Of a stretch of DNA of 64,000 nt, positions 1-12,127 are shown one piece after another. A program made the translations under genes and the position numbers. Source of the DNA: Eledone cirrhosa (lineage: Eukaryota); NCBI GenBank assembly GCA_964016885.1, contig OZ024759.1, positions 9,982,001-10,046,000 on the forward strand, given 5' to 3'. Each line of letters opens with the position of its first letter. Positions within the stretch are counted from its first letter, which is position 1. The notes below the pieces were generated by a model that made no database searches, was not told the origin of the DNA, and saw only the letters and a list, made by a program, of their open reading frames with translations.

Positions 1-92
1 TCAAGGAAACAACACATCACCCGGTCTGAGAATTGAACTCACAACCTTTCGATTGCAAGCCCAATGCTCTAACCACTAAGTCATGTGCCTCC
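1..92 (-). mobile_element. tRNA-derived SINE family A, head fragment
   Basis: Minus strand shows A-box TGACTTAGTGG and B-box GAGTTCAATTC, matching the full copies elsewhere in the window. Confidence 0.85.
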
Positions 93-98
93 ATTATA

Positions 99-726
99 TC
101 ATCATCATCATCACCGTTTTACGTCCGTTTTTCCACGCTAGCATGGGTTAGACGGGTTGTCCTGTTGTGTGCAGTGTCTGGTCGGCTGACCATGCCTTGC
201 TCATACAGGAACTGATCTGGCTTGATTTCTACAGCTGGATGCCCTTCCTAACACCAACCTCATTTACAGTGAGTGCTGGGTGCTTTTTCGTGGCGCCTAC
301 ACGTCCACTTTACAGTGTGGGCTGGGTGCTTTATTGCCGTGGCACCTCCACGACCACCTTGCGGTGGGGGGTGTGGGGGCATATTGTTTATATGCTTCAA
401 CATGTACCCATGGGAGGTCGGGTACTCTGTATTACTGCGTGACGCCCGAAGTCACGGTCGTGTGTCATTGTCTTTGAGAGGTGTAATTGGGTAAGGTCGG
501 CTTTTATCACCTCATCCCAGGTCATCTTGGGTCTCCCCACTCCGCAGTTTCCATCAACTTCTAGTGCTCTGCACCTTTTTATGCAGCTGTCATCCTTCAT
601 ACACATCACATGTCCATACCAATGCCACCGCCTCTCCTGCACACAGCATTTGATTCCTCTTATGCTCAGTCTCTCTCTCAATTCATTTATGCTTTGTCGT
701 TCACGTATATTACTGTTACACATCAA
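99..726 (-). mobile_element. RTE-clade LINE 3' fragment or non-autonomous derivative
   Basis: ORF2 C-terminus (WYGHV..M.....IK......G....GRP..TW) and a GGACGTAAAA(TGA)n-type tail. Confidence 0.88.
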
Positions 727-739
727 CCCTAATATTTAA

Positions 740-1775
740 TTGGTACTTTCATTTCTCCATTCTGAAAGGCAACGTTGACCTCTGCAGGATTTGAACTCAG
801 AATGTAGAAAACCATGACCAAATACTTCAAAACATTTTGTCTGACGCTCTACCAATTCCCCAGCATAACAACAACAATGGTAACAATAATAACAATCGTT
901 TCTACTTTTGGCACAAGGCCTGCAATTATCCCAGTGTATTACTGGTACTTTATTTTATCGACCCCGTAAGGATGAAAAGCAAAGTTAACCTCGGCGGGAT
1001 TTGAACTCAGATCATAAAGGGACGTAACTCTTTGCTGCAAAGCATGGCGTCCGACCCTCTACCGATACTGCCAATCCACCACGTAAGGATGATAAGCAAA
1101 GTTAACCTCAGCAGGATTTGAACTCAGGGCCATAACTCTATGCTGCAAAGCATGTTTTCTGATGCTCTACCGATACTGCCAAAAATAATTGTTTCTACTT
1201 TAGGCACAAGGCCAGCAATTATCCCAGTGCATTACTGGTACTTTATTTTATCGACCCCGTAAGGATGAAAGGCAAAGTTAACCTCGGCGGGATTTGAACT
1301 CAGACCATAAACGGATCTCCCTGAGAACTAGACTGTACCTGTAATTTACAGGGCCAGCATATTCACACGTGTCATGCTGGATCTCCCTGAGAACTAGACT
1401 GTACCTGTAATTCAAAGAGCCAGCATTGCTACACACTGTGTCATGCAGGATCTCCCTGACAAATATCTTAAGAGTACATATGTCTGTGAAATGCTCAATA
1501 AAGGGCTGTACCTTTATACCTCAAAGCATGACCAACGCTCTACCGATTCTGCTAATTCAGCACCCTAATAATATAATAATAATAATTGTTTCTACTTTTG
1601 GCACAAGGCCAGCAATTATCCGAGTGTATTACTGGTACTTTATTTTATCGACCCCGTAAGGATGAAAGGCAAAGTTAACCTTGGCAGTATTTGAACTCAG
1701 AATGGCAAGGGCCGTAACTCTATGCGTCAAAGCATGGCGTCCGACCCTCTACCGATACTGCCAATCCACCGCCCT
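740..1775 (-). mobile_element. Cluster of SINE family B copies
   Basis: Repeated B-box GAGTTCAAATCC plus GCCTTTCATCCTTACGGGGTCGATAAAATAAAGTACCAG (Meta/MESC-like conserved domain, from recall) and a (TTA)n tail. Confidence 0.85.
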
Positions 1776-1799
1776 GGTTACTGCCAAAAATAATAGCCT

Positions 1800-2990
1800 T
1801 GTGATAACTTACTGAGTAATCTCTGCCAACAGACCAGATATCATCATAAAAAACAGATCATACATGTCGCCGTCTAGATATTTCTTTCTGACAAGAAGGT
1901 TGACTCCAGATCAGAAGGCTGCGTGTTCATATCACATCGGGGTCACCACTTTAGTGAATTGGTCACAGGGTTATTTACTTTGGTAAACGCCACTGCAGGC
2001 TAACCACTAATTTAATTCGATACAGATATAATAAGGTTAACAAACTCGCTCGTGAGTGAACTGTCCAAGAGCCGGTCGCCAAATAAGCCAAGATGTCTCT
2101 TTTCTCCCTCCTTGATAATCCCTAGACCGGAAGTTCAAGGAATCCTCTAGAATTCAATGGGAAGTAACTCCAATTAGTTTTTTCTCCCCGGGGAAGGTGG
2201 CGCTAGTCTCTACACATCTATAAAAACACTGAAAAAACTGTCAAAATATAAAGACCTGGAAATAGAGATCAACCACATGTGGAGGATGACCAGAAACACT
2301 ATGCCTGTGGTAATAGGAGCATTAGGATTAATACCCAAATCATCAGACCTGCACCTTAGCGTCCTTCCTAACAAGACCAGCAAATATGAGCTACAGAAGA
2401 TCGGGCTACTTGGAACAACACACATTGTCAGAGGAGTTCTCTCTCTACCATGAAAACCTCTATTGTCCTAGGTTCAAGGTCTGAATCCAGCAATAGAGAA
2501 ACAGAACTGAGCTAAATACTAGCAACAGCACACAGTCTCATACAAGTTCTCTCTCTACCATGAAAACCTCTATTGTCCTAGGTTCAAGGCCTGAATCCAG
2601 CAATAGAGAAACAGAACTGAGCTAAATACTAGCAACAGCACACAGTCTCATACAAGTTCTCTCTCTACCATGAAAACCTCTATTGTCCTAGGTTCAAGGC
2701 CTGAATCCAGCAATAGAGAAACAGAACTGAGCTAAATACTAGCAACAGCACACAGTCTCATACAAGTTCTCTCTCTACCATGAAAACCTCTATTGTCCTA
2801 GGTTCAAGGCCTGAATCCAGCAATAGAGAAACAGAACTGAGCTAAATACTAGCAACAGTACACAGTCTCATACAAGTTCTCTCTCTACCATGAAAACCTC
2901 TATTGTCCTAGGTTCAAGGCCTGAATCCGGCAACAGAGAAACAGAACTGAAATAAATGAAATAACACAATAATAATAATAATAATGATTT
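1800..2990 (+). mobile_element. R4/Dong-clade non-LTR element 3' fragment (restriction-like endonuclease)
   Basis: ANRPDIIIKN near 1825, then KLSKYKDLEIEINHMW...PVVIGALG...LQKIGLLGTTHIVRGVL, stop at 2451-2453, (AAT)n tail. Interrupted by unrelated DNA at about 1870-2205. Confidence 0.85.
2435..2952 (+). repeat. 110-bp tandem repeat (about 4.7 units) of the R4/Dong 3' end
   Basis: TGAAAACCTC recurs at 2451, 2561, 2671, 2781, 2891. Confidence 0.95.
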
Positions 2991-3151
2991 CATTTATTGG
3001 CCACAAGAATATTTTATTATCAGTAGATAAAGATTTTGTTATATTAAAAAATGTTTAAAAAGTAGCTTTGTATAATTTGTTTATATAACTTGGTGGGATG
3101 AGGTGAAGAGAAAGAGTGAAGAGTGGATCGTTAGATAAAGTGAGAGATACA

Positions 3152-3153
3152 GG

Positions 3154-3219
<66 letters not shown>

Positions 3220-3275
3220 TGTGTGTGTGTGTGAGTAAGTGAGTGAGTGAGTGAGTGAGTGAGTGAGTGAGAGAA
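3152..3275. repeat. (GA)n/(GT)n/(GAGT)n compound microsatellite in the putative 3' UTR
   Basis: Direct reading. Confidence 0.95.
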
Positions 3276-3644
3276 GGGTGTAATGTTAGAGAGGGAAAGA
3301 GGGAAAAAGAGAGTGTGATAAATAGATGAAGAGAAAAAAAAGTGGTGAGAGATGAGGAAGGAAGATTAAAATTGTATAAAGCAAAGAAAAAAAATTTCTT
3401 AAAGATTAAACTTTAAATGTGTTAAATTACAGTAAAATCAGCTGACATCTGGAGAACTTTGCAGTGGAATGGTAGGGACCCCAGTCCCTATCATCTCATT
3501 TCTACAGCTGAGTAAACTGGAGCAATGTGAAATAAAGTGTCTTGCTCAAGGAAACAACACATCACCCGGTCTCCCCCATTTTACCATCAATTTTGGGGAC
3601 CAGGGAAAGCAGACGTGATAATGATGATATATTCAAGATCCTAG

Positions 3645-3725
3645 CTAATGTTTAGGACTATAGATGGTGGCCAGTGACTTCTCCTTGTGGGTGGCAATCA
3701 GGGTGTGGACGGACAGCAGTTGGTT
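3645..3725 (-). CDS. NDC80: NDC80 last coding exon (NQLLSVHTLIATHKEKSLATIYSPKH*)
   Basis: Branch-like ctaat, pyrimidine tract and tttccag acceptor, phase 0, TAG at 3645-3647. Minus-strand AATAAA signals near 2993-3018. Confidence 0.8.
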   Translation of the reverse strand, partial: NQLLSVHTLIATHKEKSLATIYSPKH

Positions 3726-3761
3726 CTGGAAATATAACAGGAGACAATTAGAGAAGACAAG

Positions 3762-4350
3762 GCTCCTTATGATAGGGTGGGGACTGTGTTAGGGTGGGGA
3801 GCTCCTTATGATAGGGTGGGGAGCTCCTTATGATAGGGTGGGGACTGTGTTAGGGTGGGGAGCTCCTTATGATAGGGTGGGGACTGTGTTAGGGTGGGAA
3901 GCTCCTTATGATAGGGTGGGGACCGTTAGGGTGGGGAGCTCCTTATGATAGGGTGGGGACTGTGTTAGGGTGGGGACCTCCTTACAATATGGTGGGGCCC
4001 TCCTTATGATAGGGTGGGAGCTGTGTTGGGGGGGGGGACCTCCTTACAATAGGGTGGGGTGTTCCTTATGATAGGGTGGACTATGTTGGGGTGGGGACCT
4101 CCTTACGATAGGGTGGGGACTGTGTTAGGGTGGGGACCTCCTTACAATAGGGTGGGGTGTTCCTTATGATCGGGTGGGGACTATGTTGGGGTGGGGACCT
4201 CCTTACGATAGGGTGGACTGTGTCTAACAACTTACCTTAAGTCGTGACTTATGCTCAGCAACCCGATTCGTGACTCTCTGCAGGAACTCAATACTATTTT
4301 TATAGGGTGAGGGGGGTGTTAGGGTGGGGACCTCCTTATGATAGGGTGGA
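3762..4350. repeat. G-rich minisatellite (AGGGTGGGGA modules) filling the last NDC80 intron
   Basis: Alternating CCTTATGATAGGGTGGGGA and CTGTGTTAGGGTGGGGA modules. Confidence 0.92.
4190..4303 (-). repeat. Tandem duplicate of the 3' 68 nt of exon 14 plus its donor site
   Basis: 4236-4303 matches 4369-4436 (offset 133) with one substitution. The intronic flank is also duplicated. Confidence 0.93.
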
Positions 4351-4368
4351 CTGTGTCTAACAACTTAC

Positions 4369-4471
4369 CTTAAGTCGTGACTTATGCTCAGCAACCCGAT
4401 TAGTGACTCTCTGCAGGAACTCAATACTATTTTTATCTTTTGCGGCACGAAGTACTGCTTCTTTGGCTGAT
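4369..4471 (-). CDS. NDC80: NDC80 coding exon 14 (SAKEAVLRAAKDKNSIEFLQRVTNRVAEHKSRLK)
   Basis: tttctag/gtaagt boundaries, 103 nt, phase 2-0. Confidence 0.87.
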
Positions 4472-4781
4472 CTAGAAATAAATATATATTGTTTTAACAT
4501 CCACTTTCCCTGCTTGCAACAGTTGGCTGGGTCTCCAAAGTCAGTACTGAAGCAGGGCTACTGACCTCCCAGACAGGCCTGGGATCTGTGCCTCGCCTGT
4601 GTATGGTCTTACATTTTATCAATTGCACAAGAGAAGTTGTCATGTCTTTGACACAAATGAGGGGTCTCTGAACTCATTGTTTGATAGACTTTCTACGGCT
4701 GGATGCCCTTCCAATCACCAACGATTTTACAGTGTGTACTGGGTGTGTTTATGTTAAAATGGTGTGACACACCTCTTTTGT

Positions 4782-5720
4782 ATCATCATCATCATCATCA
4801 TCATCATCGTTTAACGTCCATTTTCCACGGTAGCATGGGTTTAGACGGGAATCGTCCCACTTGAGGCAAGATTGGTTGTCTTGCTCGTCTAGGACTGTCT
4901 GGTGGGTTTTCTACGGCTGGATGCCCTTCCTAACACCAACCACGTTTACAGTGTGGAACTGGGAGGTTTTTACCGTGTTACCTACACGGCCACATTACAG
5001 CATGGGCTGTGTTTTTTTATTTTTCTCGTGACACCTACACAACCTCATTTGTTTCGGACTGGATGTTGTGGTACCAACATAACTTTACAGAGAAAGGGGT
5101 GGTGTAGATGGGGGTGGGGGTAGGGGTAGTGGGATGGGGGGTGTATTTTGGTTAAGAGGTGCCTACTGACTGTAGGTTTTGCTTTGTAATTAGGCAAGGT
5201 GGGTCTTCTGTATACCTGTAGGAAACGAGGGTAACACCCAAGGCATTCACCAGGTGTAATTCCTACCAACGAGTGACTACAACAAGACTCCGTACACACA
5301 GTTCCCCTGACAGTTCACTTCAGTTCTTATTTATAGACTTTCACCTAGTCCACTTTAGTTAAGCGGGGGTGTTCTTTGCAGAGTGGACTCGGTGCTTTTT
5401 GTTGTGACACCTACACAACCACTTTGCAGGGTGGAGTGGGTGCTTTTTGTTGTGACACCTACACAACCACTTTGCAGGGTGGAGTGGGTGCTTTTTGTTG
5501 TGACACCTACCAAACCACTTTGCAGAGTGGACTGGGTGCTTTTTGTTGTGACACCTACGCAACCACTTTGCAGAGTGGACTGGGTGCTTTTTGTTGTGAC
5601 ACCTACACGACCACATTACAGTGGGAGGAGGGGGTGGGGGCATATTGTCTATATGCTTCAGCTTCAGCTTGTACCCGTGGGAAGTCGGGTCTTCTGTATT
5701 ACTGTGTAATGCTAGAGGTC
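4782..5720 (-). mobile_element. RTE-related non-autonomous element fragments with a 42-bp internal tandem repeat (about 5375-5620)
   Basis: (CAT)n tail, GGATGCCCTTCCTAACACCAACC motif, repeats of GGGTGCTTTTTGTTGTGACACCTAC. Confidence 0.8.
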
Positions 5721-5805
5721 TCTTCTATATATTGGAGGTAGGGTTTCAATCTCCTTTAACTTGAATTTAAAATATTTTACCGTCTAACCCATGAAAAATG
5801 GACAT

Positions 5806-6020
5806 TAACCCTTTAGCATTTACATTACTCTATATTTATTTTTGTATTTTCGCAGTAAAGGTTTTATCTCACACAACATCGAATCTATGAGATTTTGATA
5901 TTATTTATTTTGAGAACAATACCTTCATGTCGGTTTGAGTGACCAGTTACAGCTGGTTTGAACAGAAAAAGGTGAGAGAATTCTGGCCGGATATGGCCGG
6001 TTTAAATGCTAAAGGGTCAA
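5806..6020. mobile_element. piggyBac-like MITE
   Basis: TTAA-CCCTTTAGCATTTA ... TAAATGCTAAAGGG termini. Further copies at about 17255, 22020-22233, 26992-27218, 27272-27840, 37657-37980, 40705-42930, 60520-60646. Confidence 0.75.
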
Positions 6021-6189
6021 ATGATGATATTTACATATAAATATCTGGGACTACTTCCTAATATGACAACCTGTCTAACCCATGCAAATGTGGAAAAATA
6101 GACATTAAATGATGATGATAAACAGTTTAGTATGATAGAACGAGGGCCATTTTCAGGCAGTTTGCTATCAAAAGAGTTACAACACTTAC

Positions 6190-6329
6190 TGTTCTTCAAC
6201 TTCCTTCAGTTCCATGTTAAGGAATTCCAATTCCTGAGAACATATTTCTAACGATTTTTTTATTTCATTCCTTTCCTCATAGTCTTTGTCGTACATTGCT
6301 TGCGTCGTCTCCATCCACTGCTTATGTAA
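6190..6329 (-). CDS. NDC80: NDC80 coding exon 13 (LHKQWMETTQAMYDKDYEERNEIKKSLEICSQELEFLNMELKEVEE)
   Basis: ctccag/gtaagt boundaries, 140 nt, phase 0-2. Confidence 0.88.
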
Positions 6330-6337
6330 CTGGAGAA

Positions 6338-6585
6338 GACAGATATAGACAGGTAGATAGATAGATAAGTAGATAGATATCTTTCTTTAGATAGATAAGT
6401 AGATAGATAGATAGAAACATGTAGATGTAGGTAGATAGATAGATATCTTTCTTTAGATAGATAAGTAGATAGATAGATAGATAGGTAGATAGATATCTTT
6501 CTTTAGATAGATAAGTAGATAGATAGATAGATAGGTAGATAGATAGAAACATGTAGATGTAGGTAGATAGATAGATATCTTTCTT
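6338..6585. repeat. (AGAT)n-based compound microsatellite
   Basis: Direct reading. It abuts the exon 13 acceptor and the Tx1 3' end. Confidence 0.92.
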
Positions 6586-9500
6586 TATTTCCCACAGGGG
6601 CGTACAAAAATGTGACATTACAAGACGTGACAGCAGGGGTTTTACATAAAAATCATATAACTTTAACATTAATAAATAACAATAAACTATATATATATTA
6701 AAATAACAATTGAAATCCCCATTAGGAAGAGGGGGGGGGGACGTTACTGCAGGGCTGTTTTACACCCCGTGGATAGAACAACCCTCAACACCAGGAACAC
6801 GTTTTGTAGGTGTTCCTGTCTTCCCTCTGTTTATCTTCCTCAACCTACAAGTTTATATACAGAGAAGGCCGATTCACTTGGGCCATTTTCGCCACATTCA
6901 CCCACCTTTCAGCGAATTTACTGGGGTGTAGCACCTCTCTCTCCACTCTCACCTTCCTTCTGAAGTGGTACTTAAAGAAGGGGATAAGTTGTTGTCCGGA
7001 GAGAAAGGTGTTTGCCCTCACTCCTTTTAACCTCGTCCACCATATTACCTCTTTCGCCATAGCCACCAGACAGAGGAAGACCACCTCTCCTTCGTTCTTA
7101 AATGAAGGTGGTGGGTTGATCCTCACGATGGACTCGGCTGACAACTGGATGCGTCCCACATGTGACAGCAGCTGTTCGACATAATTCCACAGGTGGGTCA
7201 CCCCTGGGCACTGAACAATTGCGTGCAGAATGGTTTCAATGTCCCGTTTGCATCTTGGACAGGTCCTTTTGGCAGGATCTCTGCCAGGGCGTCCGTGCCT
7301 GTAGATTTTCTCTCAAACTGGTAGAGCTCCTTGGTAGCACTGCCAGGCCAGAGACCACTGGAAGTTATCCATAGGCGCTGGACAGAAAGTCCTCCCGAAC
7401 AGACTGGTCAGTTTGTCCTCCTCGATGCCTAGAGTTTCCCCGAGAACGTCGTCGCACTTATCCTCCACTAATCCCCTATAGAATGTCGAAGTGGAGTCTC
7501 TGCTGATTGCCGTTTCTGCTTGGTAGAGGGCTGTGAGCAGCTGAAGGCACTCGAGGTTAGCGAGACGAGTTGTGGAAAAGCTTGTATCACAATCGACGAC
7601 CAGACTGGTTCACCAGTCAGGAACACCTGGAGATGGCGTAGCCTCAGCATGTGCTTGCGCATCATCAGCCACGGCATGCCCAACCCTCCATTAGAAGGGT
7701 GTTGGCAGCAGATGGATCTCCTTATCAATGGAGCCTGTTTCTTTCAAAGGAATTTGAAGAGAAGATGTCCCATTTTGGTGAGGTGATCACGGGGACAAGG
7801 GATGACTGTCAAGCGGTAGTAGATGATGGACGATATGTAAGTGTTCGCCACCTCCGCTCGACCTTTTAAGGAGAGTGTGCACTCAGCCCACCTCTGGGTG
7901 AGTGCGAACACCTTCGCCACAACCTCGTTCCAGTTTTTGTCCACCTGGAGGTCTGGACCAAACCAGACCCCGAGTAATTTGACTGGTCCTTCTGTCCAGT
8001 ATCCAACGATGCTGTCGGACAGCATGGGTTTGCCGCTGCATGTGCCGAGTTGCAAACCGACAAACTTGTTTGGGTTTAGTCTTGCTCCTGTCAACGTTTC
8101 GTATTCCAGTAATAGGTTGTTGATCACCCCAATTTCCGAGGTTTTCACGACATTTTGGTCACGTTGTCGGTGTAGGCCAACGCTGCTTCTCGCAGTCCTG
8201 GTTCCATCGGGATGCCCTGCAATAGCTCCAACTTCCGCAGTAATGGCTGGAAAGTCAGTACATACAGAATGGAGGAGAGAGGGCATCCCTGACGGATGGA
8301 ACGCATGATTTGGAATGGCTCCGATAGGTAGCCATTCACCCTGACTGCCGAGCAGATGCTGGTGTGCATGGCAGCGATCCAGCCTCTGAAGACGGGACTG
8401 AAGCCGGCCGCCTTGAGAACTGCTTTCAAGTATTGATGGTCAACCCTCTCAAATGCTTTAGATTGATCTAAATTGATCAGAGCCCCACAGAAGCCAGGTT
8501 TACACCCTACCCTGGTATCGCATGAGGTGGAGGTTGTCATGTATGGACCTGGTCAAGATGGCACACGTTTGCGCTTCCGTCACCAGGTTCTCGACGATGA
8601 GCGCATCTCGTTGCTAACACCTTGGCCAAAATCTTCAACTCTGTGTTGAGCAGAGTTATGGGCCTCAAGTTACTCACGTTATCCGCTTTGTTCTCATCTT
8701 TCCTGATCAGCATTACTCCGCCTCTACCTACAGAACTGGGAATTCTCCCATTCTGCTGTCAGTTGCAGTAGACCGCTTTGAGGTCAGAGAACAAGTCTGG
8801 CATGCCTATGTAAAACTCATAGGGTAGACCATCTAAACCAGGTGATTTGCGTTTCCCACAGCGGCCTAGGGCGTCTTCTATTTCCCCTGCTGTGATCGGC
8901 CTTTCGCAACTCTCCGCACCCGTGTTCGAGTCACAGTAGGCCATCGAGATAAGAACTGAAGTCCATCACCCCACTTGATACACCGTTCTGCCCAAACAGC
9001 TGTGCAAAGTGCTGCTGGAAGGCCGTGCACATCTGCTTGGATTCACGTAATATGCGTCCGTGTTGGTTTTCCAAAGACCGAATTGTGGATTTGTTGCCGC
9101 ATTTCGCCTCTGCCTATCGGGCCCACCTAACAGCTTTGGCTCCCTTCTTTCTCAGAGCACGTGTTCTACTTCTGACAGCACAACCTTCGTGTTTCACATT
9201 GAAGAACTTGTCTAGTGCTGTTCAAGCTGCTAGCACGCCAGCTGTACTGTCACTCCAAAGCGTCTCTTCTACTTTGGCTATCAGTTCCTTTTCAGTTTTA
9301 TTCTTTTCTAAAGCTACTTCCTTGCTAAATGCTATCGATTCTACTCTAATTGCTCTCTTGAGAGAGCACCACAACCTGTTGTTGACGATAGCCTCTGTCA
9401 GCTGGCATTTAACTAAAGTGCTAATCCGTTTACAGTAGGCTTTACGTGTCGGGAGCAACATGTTTAGCTTCCAGTATCTGGGTCCCTATCTATGTGTTCT

Positions 9501-9700
9501 ATCAAGATTGACTATGCAGGTCACTAATTTGTGATCTGAAGAGGCAACCATGTGCATTTGTGGACAGTTTAATGTTTCCCTATCATTTCTTTCTAATTAG
9601 AAATTTATCTAAATACAATCTAGAAGACCCAGTGCGGTTGCTCCACGTCCACAGTGGTGCACTTGGGAAATCCAATCGATATCTATCAGCCAGTTGGAAG
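6583..9700 (-). mobile_element. 5'-truncated, frameshifted Tx1/L1-clade LINE (end of APE domain, RT, C-terminal domain)
   Basis: KSPGLDGLPYEFY, LDQSKAFERVDHQYL, IRQGCPLS..LY, AYTDNVT (degenerate YADD), VKLLGVWFG, LSLKGRA.VAN, NGGLGMP. SDHKLV..YWKLN near 9530-9465. Confidence 0.93.
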
Positions 9701-10019
9701 ATAGATAGTTAGATAGGGACGTGTTAATTGAGACGTGTTAATTGAGGAGAGAGAGAGATAGTGACATGTTAATAGAGGATAAGAGAGAAAATGTCAGTGG
9801 TGGAGGTGGTAGTGATCAACATAAGAAATGATGATGGTGGTGATGGTGGTGGTGATGGTGATGATGACAATAGTGAAGGGCGACTCATAAAAGGAAAGTA
9901 GCCAATTGTCAAATTCAACCAATGGAAACAATGTTTCTATTGGTCCATTGTTGATACTGTCTGTCTCTACAACACAGTAAAATGTGAATGTAAATAAAAT
10001 GGTGAGATTGTAAAAGTAA

Positions 10020-10341
10020 GAAGGCACATGGCTTAGTGTTTAGAGCATTGGCTTTGCAATTGAAAGGTTGTGAGTTCAATTCCCAGACCAGGTGATGTGT
10101 TGTCTCCTTGAGCAAGACACTTTATTTCACATTACTCCAGTGTACTCAACTGTAGAAATGAGATGATAGGGACTGGGGTCCCTATCATTCCACTGTCAAG
10201 TGGTCGTGGAGGTGCCACGGCAAAAAAGCACCCAGCACTCACTGTAAATGAGGTTGGTGTTAGGAAAAGCATCCAGCTGTAGAAATCAAGCCATAATCAG
10301 TTCCCGTCCCACCCTTGCAAGCAGGGAAATACTGACGTAAA

Positions 10342-10376
<35 letters not shown>
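10020..10376 (+). mobile_element. SINE family A, full length (tRNA head, CORE-like centre, RTE-derived tail)
   Basis: A/B boxes, CCTTGAGCAAGACACTT..CTGTAGAAATG, tail GACGTAAAA(TGA)n. Confidence 0.9.
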
Positions 10377-10400
10377 GTAAAAGCCGGAGAATAGACTTAC

Positions 10401-10493
10401 AATCTTCTCTGAATTATAGGCTTCCTCCAGTCTGTTAAGTCGAGACTTTAAAGCAGTAACATCGCCGGCTTTCTCGTTGTATTGGTCAGTCTC
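10401..10493 (-). CDS. NDC80: NDC80 coding exon 12 (ETDQYNEKAGDVTALKSRLNRLEEAYNSEKI)
   Basis: tatag/gtaagt boundaries, 93 nt, heptad pattern. Confidence 0.88.
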
Positions 10494-10749
10494 CTATAGT
10501 GGATATTTAAAGGAACAGACCATCAGATTGAACAGGAATAACAACAACCACACATAAACACATACCTGTGACCAAAGACAGACTACAAACACACAGACTC
10601 ACACAGGAACACACACCAAACAGAAAACACAAACATGCGCATAAACAACAAATAAAGAAATAAAATAGAATGAGAAAACATTACAACAATATAAAAGGAT
10701 GAAACAATAGTATCACTGATGATGACGCAAGTGTGTGACTAAAGAACTC

Positions 10750-10790
<41 letters not shown>

Positions 10791-10831
10791 GATATATTAA
10801 CAAATGGAAACTATATTTATAAAACCATATT

Positions 10832-10896
10832 TATTTCATTATACATATTTCAAGAACACCAAGTTAAATTATGGTGTGCTTTCATCAGATAAAATA
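10832..10896 (-). ncRNA. Type I hammerhead ribozyme motif
   Basis: TATTTTAT-CTGATGA-AAG C ACACCA..TGGTGT T CTT-GAA-ATATGTAT-A-ATGAAATA. Core intact, stems I to III can form. Confidence 0.85.
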
Positions 10897-11120
10897 TAAT
10901 ATAGAGCAGTTTTATAAATAAATATTGACATACCCTTAAAGAATGCGACCATTTCAGTTGGAAGCTCCCGGTTTTATAAATATAGTTTCCATTTGTTAAT
11001 ATATCGTATTTTTACTTCAATAATTTGTTGAGTGCTTTATATCAGTTATAAAAATATTTGCTTGTTTGTTGTATCCCAACAATTTAAATAGAACTTCTAC
11101 ATATATATATATATAGAGAG

Positions 11121-11515
11121 AGAGGCACATGGCTTAGTGGTTAGAGCATTGGCCTTGCAATCGAAAGGTTGTTAGTTCAATTCTCAGACCGGGTGATGTG
11201 TTGTTTCCTTGAGCAAGACACTTTATTTCACATTGCTCCAGTTTACTCAGCTGTAGAAATGAGATGATAGGGACTGGGGTCCATATCATTCCACTGTAGA
11301 GTGGTCGTGGGGGTGCCACAGCAAAAAAGCACCCAGCCCACACTGTAAAGTGGACGTGTAGGCGCCATGGAAAAAAAAGCACCCAGCACTCACTGTAAAT
11401 GAGGTTGGTGTTAGGAAGGGTATCCAGCTGTAGAAATCAAGCCAGAATCAGTTCCCGTCCCACCCTTGCAAGCAGGGAAAAGCAGACATAAAATGAAATG
11501 AAATGAATGAATGAA
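11121..11515 (+). mobile_element. SINE family A, full length
   Basis: Same consensus as 10020-10376. Confidence 0.9.
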
Positions 11516-11852
11516 TATATATATATGTGCAAGAAAAACAACAAACTTTTAGGATTTTTTGCTTAGATATTTTTGCTTTGACTGCATGCCCATATACAGA
11601 CTGTACCCCTTGATAAGTTCAGCTAGATTCCTGCCGTTCTAATACTGGTGGCTTAGTTTGGATCTAGCTCTTGAAACAGCCGGAGCTCAGCTGTCGAGGT
11701 CCTGACTATTTTCCTATATATATATATATATATATATGTAGGAGGTGAGTTTTTATTGTAGTACAATAAAGCAATGCAGATATCAGATAAGAGATGTTGA
11801 TTTAAAACTGCACTATTCACAAGTGTGTTTTAATCTTCATACCATGTCTCCC

Positions 11853-11923
11853 TATTTTATCTGACGAAAACGCAAATGTTATTGCATGATGATATTTGTT
11901 TTTGAAATGCGCATAATAAAATA
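11853..11923 (+). ncRNA. Type I hammerhead ribozyme motif
   Basis: TATTTTAT-CTGACGA-AAA C GCAAAT..ATTTGT T TTT-GAA-ATGCGCAT-A-ATAAAATA. 8-bp stem I, palindromic stem III. Confidence 0.85.
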
Positions 11924-11965
11924 CATGGAACTCTTTTAACCATCTTTTGATCTTATATATTATCG

Positions 11966-11996
<31 letters not shown>

Positions 11997-12127
11997 TGCA
12001 AAAGTTTTATTTAAAATTGTTGGGTTACAACAAGTAAATATTTTATAACTGATATAAAGCACTCAACAAGTTTTGGAGTAGATATACGATATTAAACAAA
12101 TGGAAACTATATTTATAAAACCATATT

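Noticed and set aside
3423-3448. Alternative last exon ttctccag|ATG TCA GCT GAT TTT ACT GTA ATT TAA (minus strand)
   Set aside because: The acceptor abuts a SINE fragment and the peptide is only 8 aa. The exon at 3645-3725 has a better acceptor and length.
10020-10100. tRNA-like sequences with A and B boxes at many sites
   Set aside because: They are SINE heads that continue into SINE bodies, without a complete cloverleaf.
11605-11700. Hammerhead-like fold (TTGATAA...GAAACAGC...GCTGTC)
   Set aside because: Two substitutions in the CTGANGA core. Kept only as a probable decayed copy.
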